Shown here piece after piece: positions 16,778-23,432 of a stretch of 32,000 bases of DNA; positions within the stretch are counted from its first letter, which is position 1, and each line of letters begins with the position of its first letter. The notes under the pieces are model-generated. The model was given only the letters and a program-made list of their open reading frames with translations. It did no database searches and had not been told where the DNA came from. The translations under genes were made by a program, and so were the position numbers. The stretch spans positions 1,260,001-1,292,000 of the forward strand of contig NZ_CP011304.1 in NCBI RefSeq assembly GCF_000981785.2. Reading direction: 5' to 3'. Source of the stretch: Microcystis aeruginosa NIES-2549 (GTDB taxonomy: Bacteria > Cyanobacteriota > Cyanobacteriia > Cyanobacteriales > Microcystaceae).

Positions 16778-16835
16778 GGATTAGGGGAGTTCAGCTAATC
16801 AAAGGATAGGCGGTTAAAATGCGTCTTAGCTTAGT
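16778..16835 (+). repeat. Dispersed ~55-nt repeat, copy b
   Basis: Sequence: ggattaggggagttcagctaatcaaaggataggcggttaaaatgcgtcttagctta. It is in the same orientation as copy a, and the gattag/ctaatc hairpin is conserved. Confidence 0.55.
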
Positions 16836-16898
16836 TTTGATAGATAATTTTATAGATGGTTTCTTGACATCCTCGCCGCCTTAAAACGGACGGCGATT

Positions 16899-16929
16899 CC
16901 CAAACCTCACAATTTGGGTTTCTGTTTTA
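16899..16929 (+). terminator. Weak intrinsic-terminator-like hairpin with a T tract, preceded by a second hairpin (16873-16896)
   Basis: cccaaa (16899-16904), loop cctcacaa, tttggg (16913-16918), then tttctgtttta. Upstream, tcgccg / cggcga pair at 16873-16896. Confidence 0.25.
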
Positions 16930-17179
16930 TAGATGACATCAGAGCAAGACGGCTATTTGTCGTTGAGATAAATTTCCCTCTTGACTAAGTTGGTGGAGAA
17001 ACTTTCTTGGTTCTATGTTAAGATATTGAGGGCTTCGTTTTTGGGTCTGATTTGTTGTTGTATTGATCAGACTATACCTGATGAGCCTTTCCTAGTCAAG
17101 CCTCTAGGCTGATGCTTTTCCTTTTTGAATTGGCGTTTTTGTTGGTAACAAAGCTGATAAGCGGCAGGGTGAATAAAAA

Positions 17180-17965
17180 ATGACAGAACAAGCTTGGTGG
17201 GTACAAAAATGGTTAGAACTACTCGATTCCTATCGCTTTAAAAAACGCTTGGAAAGAGCTAGACTGTACGCAAGAGAAGGCAATGTTTTAAGTATTGACT
17301 TTGAAGACTCGCAAGTTATTGCCAGAGTACAAGGCAGTGAACCAGAGCCTTATATAGTGGACTTATCCCTAGCGGCTTTTAGTGATGAAGAATGGGATTA
17401 TATTATTAAGCTTCTCTCCAAAAAAGCCATTTATTCTGCTCAATTACTCACCGGACAAATGCCCGATCATATCGAGCGTGTTTTTATCGATAGTGGGGTA
17501 AATTTATTTCCCTTTTCCCTGGCCGATATTCGCTCTCGTTGCACCTGTCCCGATCAAGCTAACCCCTGCAAACATATAGGAGCAGTATATTATCAATTGG
17601 GCGATCGTTTTAGTGTCGATCCCTTCCTGCTTTTGCAACTGCGCGGCCGAACCAAAAGCCAAATTCTGGAAGCTTTACGCGAAAAACGCTCCTATTCCTC
17701 TGATAATCAACCTTTAGCAGTCAGTGAACTCCCCACAGTAGTTGAAAAAACTGCCCCCGAAAGCGCTATCGATCGCTTTTGGCAGTACGATGAGGAGCTA
17801 GATCCGTCCCTCGTTGTCATTACGCCGGGGAATGAAAATCAAACCATTCTCGACATTTTAGGCAATTTTCCCCTGGCTGCCCCCGAATCGGATGCCATAG
17901 AACAATTTTTAAAACCAATTTACCGACAAATTCCCCAAGAAGCGATGGCGATTGCTTTACAGTAG
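17180..17965 (+). CDS. SWIM zinc-finger protein
   Basis: A CxC-x(n)-CxH SWIM signature is present: RCTCPDQANPCKH. The ORF starts with ATG and is 261 aa. Confidence 0.8.
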   Translation: MTEQAWWVQKWLELLDSYRFKKRLERARLYAREGNVLSIDFEDSQVIARVQGSEPEPYIVDLSLAAFSDEEWDYIIKLLSKKAIYSAQLLTGQMPDHIERVFIDSGVNLFPFSLADIRSRCTCPDQANPCKHIGAVYYQLGDRFSVDPFLLLQLRGRTKSQILEALREKRSYSSDNQPLAVSELPTVVEKTAPESAIDRFWQYDEELDPSLVVITPGNENQTILDILGNFPLAAPESDAIEQFLKPIYRQIPQEAMAIALQ

Positions 17966-18049
17966 GGGAATTTGGGGTATAAGTAGCTGGTTATAATTAA
18001 ATTAAAAATGGATTTTGCCTTTAATCCCCCCTTGATCCCCCCTTAATAA

Positions 18050-18079
18050 GGTAGGGTTGATTCATGAATCAACCCTACC
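18050..18079. repeat. Perfect 30-bp palindrome between convergent genes (possible bidirectional terminator or protein site)
   Basis: ggtagggttgattca | tgaatcaaccctacc is an exact reverse complement. It lies between the SWIM gene end (17965) and the topA end (18231). Confidence 0.6.
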
Positions 18080-18230
18080 CTTGATAAGGGTGGTGTCTGA
18101 TAATTTTTAACGCCTACCTACTTAGGATCAGCCTAGTCAAAGTAGTTCCAAGGACAAAAGAGCCAACCGGATTTGTCCTCGCATCGGGGTGAGGAATTGA
18201 CCATGGAGAAAATTGCCTCACCACTAACCG

Positions 18231-20867
18231 CTAAACCTTCTTACTTTTGCCGGTTTTACCGCTTGGGGAAGTAGTTTTTTTAGTAGTGGTAGAAGTAGTT
18301 TTCTTGGTGGTGGTTTTCTTGGCAGTGGTTGTCTTGGCCGCTAGGGCCGATAAAGCCTGTTCTAGGGTGAGGGTTTCGGCGGTTTCTCCTTCGGGAATCT
18401 TGGCGTTAGTCTTACCGTGCTTGATATAAACTCCGTAGGGACCCTCGTACAATCCCACCAATTCCCCGTCGTCGGGATGTTGACCCAATTCTTTTAGGGG
18501 TGGTTTGGTGGAACCCCTGGCGCTGCGAGTTTTTTTCGGTTCGGCTAATAAGGCTAAAGCTCGATCGAGGGTTATGGTTAAGATATCATCGCCGGCTTTC
18601 AAGGAACGATATTCTTTTTCCTTACCCTCTTCCTGAACTATATAGGGGCCAAAACGACCTAAGCTGGCTTTAATTTTGCCTCCGGTGAGGGGATGGGTTC
18701 CCAGCAGTCGCGGCAGTGCCAATAAACCCACTGCTTGTTCGGGGGTGATATCTTCCGGTTTGACTCCTTTGGGTAGGGAGGCGCGTTTCGGTTTGGGATT
18801 GTCATCGCTGACATCTCCTAACTGGACGTAGGGACCGTAACTACCCACCAGCAGATAAATCGGCTCTCCGGTGTCGGGATGAAGACCTATTTTATCGGGA
18901 CCTTCGGTTTTTTGTCGCAGCAGGGTTTCTACCTGTTCGGGGTTGAGGTCGGCGGGGGTTAAATCGGGGGGGATGGAGGCGGTGAGGATTTCATCGCCTC
19001 GGGAGACTTCCAGATAGGGACCGTACTTGCCGATCTTGATGGTTGCCTGTAAATCTTCTAAATTTACCGATTTGGCGGTGCTAGAGTTAATTTGACTCTC
19101 GCGCTCTTTGACTTGGCTTTCTAGCCCCTTTTCCCCGCGATAGAAGCGATCGAGATAGGGCAACCATTGAGCGGAACCGGTGGCGATATCGTCGAGGGTT
19201 TCCTCCATTTTCGAGGTAAATTTGGGATCTACCAGGTCGGGGAAATGATTTTCTAACAAACTAACCACGGCAAAAGCGGTGAAGGTGGGAATCAAGGTTT
19301 TATTCCGCATTTGGGCATAACCGCGATCGATAATGGTGCCGAGAATGGTGGCGTAGGTGCTGGGTCGCCCGATTCCTTCACTTTCGAGGGTTTTTACGAG
19401 GGAGGCTTCGCTATAACGGGCGGGGGGTTGGGTATCGTGGCTAATCGCTTCTAGTTGGCGACAATTGGGGGTGTCACCGACGTTGAGGGCGGGTAAGATT
19501 ATTTCTTGGTCGTCGATGGCGGCTTCGGGATCGTCGGAACCTTCCACATAGGCGCGGAAAAAGCCTGGGAAGTCGATTCTTTTGCCAGAGGAGCGAAATC
19601 CGGCATTTTCTACCTGAATATTAACGGCGATCTGGGTAATGCGGGCATCGGCCATCTGTGAGGCGACGGTACGCTTCCAGATTAGGTCGTAGAGGGCGAA
19701 TTCTAGTCCGCTCAGGCCGGTTTCCCGGGGCAGGCGAAAGCTGCTACCGGCGGGCCGGATGGCTTCGTGTGCTTCCTGTGCGCCTTTGCTTTTGGTGGTG
19801 TACTGCCGGGGTTGGGGACTGAGATAATTTTTTCCGTACATTTGTTCTACACAATGACGGGCGGCGCTGATGGCCTGATCGGAAAGATGGACGGAATCGG
19901 TCCGCATATAGGTGATGTAGCCCTGTTCGTAGAGATTTTGGGCGATTCGCATGGTGTCCCTGGCGGATATGCCTAGTTTCCGGTTAGCCTCCTGCTGTAG
20001 GGTGGAGGTGGTGAAGGGGGGGGAAGGTTTGCGAAGGGTGGGTTTTTCTTCGGTGTGGCTAACCCGCCAGATTTTGTCTTGGATGCGTTCTTTTAAGGCC
20101 GCCGCCGTCGCTTGATCCAAGAGTGTCACCTGGCGACCGGGGAGCAGTCTGCCGGTGTCGGCATCGAAATCGCTCCCATTTGCCACTTTTTGACCGTTTA
20201 AGGTGACTAATTTCGAGTCGAATTGATTTTTGTCCTTTTCGAGGGTGGCTTTCAAGTCCCAATAATTTGCCGTTTTAAAGGCCCGTCGTTCCCGTTCCCG
20301 TTGCACGAGCAGACGTACTGCGACGGATTGCACCCGGCCGGCGGATAGACCTTTAGAGATTTTTTTCCAGAGTAGGGGGGAGAGGGTATAACCGTAGAGG
20401 CGATCGAGTATGCGGCGGGTTTCTTGGGCGTGAACTAAATTTTCGTCGATGGAGCGACAATTTTTCAGGGCGGCTTGGATTGCTTCTTTGGTGATTTCGT
20501 GAAATACCATTCTTTTGATGGGTATTTTCGGGTTGAGTACCTGCAAGAGATGCCAACTGATGCTTTCCCCTTCCCGATCTTCGTCGGTGGCGAGGATCAG
20601 TTCGCTGGCCCCTTTGAGGGCTTCTTTTAATTCTTTGACGACTTTACTTTTGCTTTTGGGGACGACGTAGAGGGGGTCGAAATCGTTCTCCACATCTACG
20701 CCTAAATTGGCCCAGGATTTGTCTTTGTGGGCGGGGGGAATTTCTTCGGCGGAGGCGGGCAGATCGCGGATGTGGCCCATGGAGGCTTGGACTCGATAGC
20801 CGCTAGGCAGATAATTACTGATCGTCCGAGCTTTGGTGGGGGATTCGACAATAACCAGGGTTGACAT
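18231..20867 (-). CDS. topA: DNA topoisomerase I
   Basis: A Toprim N-terminus ([22 protein letters not shown]) and an active-site region ([10 protein letters not shown]) are present. The C-terminus carries repeated GPY(V/L/I) motifs and a Lys/Thr-rich basic tail. Confidence 0.95.
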   Translation of the reverse strand: MSTLVIVESPTKARTISNYLPSGYRVQASMGHIRDLPASAEEIPPAHKDKSWANLGVDVENDFDPLYVVPKSKSKVVKELKEALKGASELILATDEDREGESISWHLLQVLNPKIPIKRMVFHEITKEAIQAALKNCRSIDENLVHAQETRRILDRLYGYTLSPLLWKKISKGLSAGRVQSVAVRLLVQRERERRAFKTANYWDLKATLEKDKNQFDSKLVTLNGQKVANGSDFDADTGRLLPGRQVTLLDQATAAALKERIQDKIWRVSHTEEKPTLRKPSPPFTTSTLQQEANRKLGISARDTMRIAQNLYEQGYITYMRTDSVHLSDQAISAARHCVEQMYGKNYLSPQPRQYTTKSKGAQEAHEAIRPAGSSFRLPRETGLSGLEFALYDLIWKRTVASQMADARITQIAVNIQVENAGFRSSGKRIDFPGFFRAYVEGSDDPEAAIDDQEIILPALNVGDTPNCRQLEAISHDTQPPARYSEASLVKTLESEGIGRPSTYATILGTIIDRGYAQMRNKTLIPTFTAFAVVSLLENHFPDLVDPKFTSKMEETLDDIATGSAQWLPYLDRFYRGEKGLESQVKERESQINSSTAKSVNLEDLQATIKIGKYGPYLEVSRGDEILTASIPPDLTPADLNPEQVETLLRQKTEGPDKIGLHPDTGEPIYLLVGSYGPYVQLGDVSDDNPKPKRASLPKGVKPEDITPEQAVGLLALPRLLGTHPLTGGKIKASLGRFGPYIVQEEGKEKEYRSLKAGDDILTITLDRALALLAEPKKTRSARGSTKPPLKELGQHPDDGELVGLYEGPYGVYIKHGKTNAKIPEGETAETLTLEQALSALAAKTTTAKKTTTKKTTSTTTKKTTSPSGKTGKSKKV

Positions 20868-21060
20868 AGGAATTGATCACGAGGGCATGGCCACAGCGAC
20901 TGTTTTAGTTGGGCTGACAATCGTTGTTTGATGATGGACAAAAGTTACTATTTATCTTGACCGGCTTGATTCCAGTCAAAAGCCACTTACTACGATAATA
21001 GAGATTAAAGCTGGTGTTTTGTCACTAACTTCTTAACAAAACTTAATATTTTTCTGGATC

Positions 21061-21134
21061 AGGGAGAGGGGAGAGGGGAGGGGGGAGAAGGGAGAAAAAA
21101 GCTGACACTGATGACTGATCACTGATCACTGATT
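21061..21134 (+). repeat. 41-nt all-purine tract followed by four ACTGAT(C/G/T) heptamers
   Basis: 21061-21101 reads agggagaggggagaggggaggggggagaagggagaaaaaag (purines only). 21107-21134 reads actgatg actgatc actgatc actgatt. Confidence 0.85.
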
Positions 21135-21201
21135 CAAGGGGGGAGATGGTCGTCGATACTAAATTAGGTTACGCTTCATCTTTATAAGAAACGCTGCAGT
21201 T

Positions 21202-21816
21202 ATGTCTGATTTACGTCAATACGCCCCGGCAACGGAACGCAATCGTCAGCCGATTTTGGAAGTTCTCAGCCAATTTTTACCGAAGACTGGCAATATCTTA
21301 GAAATATCTAGCGGCACGGGTGAACACGCTGTTTTTTTTGCCCCTCGTCTTGCTCCTCGTCGTTGGATTCCCTCGGATTGTAACCCTCTGGCTCTAGATA
21401 GTATTCGCAGTTGGTGCGATTATTGTCCTAGTTCTAATCTCGATCGCCCCCTATTTATCGATGTTCATCAGTCAGTTTGGGCGATAGAGAGGGAAAATAT
21501 CGTTATTAATGCCATTGTTAATATTAATATGATTCATATCGCTCCTTGGTCCGCTTGTTTAGCTTTAATGGCAGGAGCGAGTCGCCTTCTCAGTCCGGGG
21601 GAAATTCTCTATCTTTATGGTCCATATAAACGACAGGGAAAACATACTTCTCCTAGTAATGAAAGCTTTGATCTTTCTCTCCGTTCTCAAAACTCTGCTT
21701 GGGGAGTTAGGAATTTAGAAGATGTGGTGCAAGCAGCGAGCGATCGAGGTTTACAATTGTTAGAAGTAATTCCTATGCCCGCTAATAATCTCTCGGTTTT
21801 ATTTGCCTTAACATAG
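21202..21816 (+). CDS. DUF938-type class I SAM-dependent methyltransferase-like protein
   Basis: It has an SGTGEH motif (SAM motif I-like), is 204 aa, and the N-terminal YAPATERNRQPI is typical of DUF938. Confidence 0.7.
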   Translation: MSDLRQYAPATERNRQPILEVLSQFLPKTGNILEISSGTGEHAVFFAPRLAPRRWIPSDCNPLALDSIRSWCDYCPSSNLDRPLFIDVHQSVWAIERENIVINAIVNINMIHIAPWSACLALMAGASRLLSPGEILYLYGPYKRQGKHTSPSNESFDLSLRSQNSAWGVRNLEDVVQAASDRGLQLLEVIPMPANNLSVLFALT

Positions 21817-21852
21817 CAATTATCAGTGAACAGTAATCGGTAATTAGCTTCT

Positions 21853-21880
21853 AAAGGCAAAAGGCAAAAGGCAAAAGGCA
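21853..21880 (+). repeat. Heptamer tandem repeat (AAAAGGC)x~4
   Basis: Sequence: aaaggcaaaaggcaaaaggcaaaaggca. Confidence 0.8.
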
Positions 21881-21980
21881 AAAAAAGAATCTGGCAATTC
21901 TCCTACCTAAAAAGAAGGTTATAAACTAAGTACATCCAAGCTTTTAGCTTAACCAATTAAGTAGGGAGGCACAATTATTT

Positions 21981-22045
21981 GTAGGATGGGTTAGCGGTAG
22001 CGTAACATAATCGGGCGTTGGGTTTCATGCTTCAACCCAACCTAC
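21981..22045. repeat. Structured element bounded by gtagg...cctac, with an internal 8-bp hairpin
   Basis: Sequence: gtaggatgggttagcggtagcgtaacataatcgggcgttgggtttcatgcttcaacccaacctac. The hairpin is gttgggtt (22017-22024) / aacccaac (22034-22041). It resembles the small dispersed cyanobacterial repeats containing GTTGGGTT...AACCCAACCTAC (from memory). Confidence 0.45.
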
Positions 22046-22070
22046 GTTCTGATCACTGAAAAAAGCTCCC

Positions 22071-22127
22071 CACTTCCCACTTCCCACTTCCCACTGATAA
22101 CTGATAACTGATAACTGATAACTGATA
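22071..22127 (+). repeat. Two adjacent heptamer arrays, (CACTTCC)x3 and (ACTGATA)x5, abutting the futA stop codon
   Basis: 22071-22091 is cacttcc x3 and 22093-22127 is actgata x5. The stop codon of the minus-strand gene is at 22130-22132. Confidence 0.9.
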
Positions 22128-22129
22128 AC

Positions 22130-23185
22130 TTATTTCCAACCAGCGCGATTCATTACCTGTACTGCTTTGGCTAAATTAGGACCATAATTAGCCACACTAA
22201 CGGTATCTTCTTTACCGCGTCCGAGTTTTGCCAGAACAGGATCTAAAGCAACGCCTCGAACGACGGGATATTCTTGATTACCCTTAGCAAAAAAGTTCTG
22301 TGCTTCATTGCTAGAAAGATACTCTAAAAATTTAATGGCCGATTCTCGATTGGGGGCGGTTTTAATTAAACCACCACCGCTAATATTAACGTGAGCGCCG
22401 CGCCCTGTTTGGTCGGGGAAAATTACGCCTACTTGGTCATAAATTGCCCGTTTAGCGGGGTCTTTTTCTTCGGCATACCCAGCTAAGTAATAGGTGTTAG
22501 CTAGGGCTAAATCGGCAATTCCTGCGGCGACAGCTTCGATTTGTGCCTTATCATTTCCCTGGGGTGAACGGGCAAAATTAGCCACTAATCCCCGACACCA
22601 TTTTTCTGCGGCTGCTTCTCCTTGGATGTCGATTAACCAAGCGGTAAAAGATTGACTATAGATGTTACTAGATGACCGAGTGACGACTTTTCCTTTCCAT
22701 TTGGGATTGGTTAAATCTGCATAGGAATCGATTTCTCTGGGGTTAACTCTGTCTTTGTTATACATGATTACCCGCAAGCGTTTACTAAACCCGAACCAGT
22801 GACCTTTGGGGTGACGCAAATTAGCGGGAATTCTTTGGGTGAGAATGCGGGAATTGACCGGGGCAAAAATTCCCTGTTGGTCGGCCCGCCATAATCTCCC
22901 GGCATCTACCGTCAGGAGTATATCGGCAGGACTATTGCGGCCTTCGCTTTTGATCCGTTCGATTAATGGGTCTGCTTCCCCTTCGACGAGGTTAATTTTT
23001 ATTCCCGTTTGTCGGGTGAAGTTGTCATACAATCGTCGGTCGGTGTTGTAGTGACGGGAGGAATAGAGGTTTAATTGGTTAGTTTGGGCGGAAACCTCGT
23101 TTATTTTCCCTAATTGACCCACTGCTACCGCTAAGGTGGCTGTTCCTGCGCCTAGAAAGACTCTACGAGTTATTTTATCGTTCAT
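22130..23185 (-). CDS. futA: Periplasmic Fe(III)-binding protein of an iron ABC transporter (FutA/IdiA family)
   Basis: A Tat-like signal is present (TRRVFLGAGTATLAVAVG). The mature part (LYSSRHYNTDRRLYDNFTRQTGIKINLVEG...) is typical of the FutA/IdiA/FbpA family. Confidence 0.85.
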   Translation of the reverse strand: MNDKITRRVFLGAGTATLAVAVGQLGKINEVSAQTNQLNLYSSRHYNTDRRLYDNFTRQTGIKINLVEGEADPLIERIKSEGRNSPADILLTVDAGRLWRADQQGIFAPVNSRILTQRIPANLRHPKGHWFGFSKRLRVIMYNKDRVNPREIDSYADLTNPKWKGKVVTRSSSNIYSQSFTAWLIDIQGEAAAEKWCRGLVANFARSPQGNDKAQIEAVAAGIADLALANTYYLAGYAEEKDPAKRAIYDQVGVIFPDQTGRGAHVNISGGGLIKTAPNRESAIKFLEYLSSNEAQNFFAKGNQEYPVVRGVALDPVLAKLGRGKEDTVSVANYGPNLAKAVQVMNRAGWK

Positions 23186-23227
23186 TGCTCGATTCTTGGT
23201 AAAGTTGTCTTTTCCTATTGTACAGCT

Positions 23228-23246
23228 ATTGAGAATAATTCTTATC
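23228..23246. promoter_or_regulatory. Fur-box-like A/T-rich dyad overlapping the futA promoter
   Basis: attgagaataattcttatc matches GATAATGATAATCATTATC at 12/19 positions by hand alignment and contains the 5-1-5 dyad agaat-a-attct. A TACAAT -10 candidate lies on the minus strand at 23222-23217, about 32 nt upstream of the ATG. Confidence 0.45.
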
Positions 23247-23432
23247 TGTGCGAAAAATTATTTGTCGGGCTAGGGCGGTAGATGGGGTAAAATCAAGGTA
23301 AAATCAGGGTTTTTGGTTTTGATGGGGCTAATAAATCCTCGAATCTATCGCTAGTTAAGTTCAATAAGCCCAAAATGTTACCCTAAGCTCGATCGAGGGT
23401 ATTGTGGAATAAAAGCAGCGAGAGTCAAGATA

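Noticed and set aside
16819-16884. 21-codon mini-ORF (MRLSLVLIDNFIDGFLTSSPP*) followed by two hairpins; considered as a leader peptide or small precursor peptide.
   Set aside because: Its ATG lies inside repeat copy b, and the corresponding position in copy a is not an ATG. There is no clear ribosome-binding site and no similarity to known RiPP leader/core patterns.
17078-17130. CUGAUGA string upstream of the SWIM gene, considered as a hammerhead ribozyme core.
   Set aside because: No adjacent stem II hairpin followed by GAAA exists, and no stem I/III pairing can be drawn.
18231-18430. Lys/Thr-rich repetitive tail of topA ([17 protein letters not shown]...) and the antisense 60-aa ORF at 18247..18429.
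   Set aside because: Basic low-complexity C-terminal tails are common in TopA of cyanobacteria and actinobacteria. The antisense ORF is a mirror artefact of the repeat.
19767-20941. Small ORFs inside or overlapping topA (19767-19976, 20059-20262, 20353-20556, 20702-20941).
   Set aside because: They are out of frame or antisense within a high-confidence gene, with Pro/Arg-rich translations typical of GC-rich wrong frames.
21687-21881. 64-aa minus-strand ORF overlapping the DUF938 gene end and the AAAAGGC repeat.
   Set aside because: It overlaps a better-supported gene, and part of it is encoded by a tandem repeat.
22839-23051. 70-aa plus-strand ORF inside futA, and the 102-aa ORF at 24873..25181 inside the TPR/GT41 gene.
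   Set aside because: Both are antisense to well-supported genes and have no motifs.
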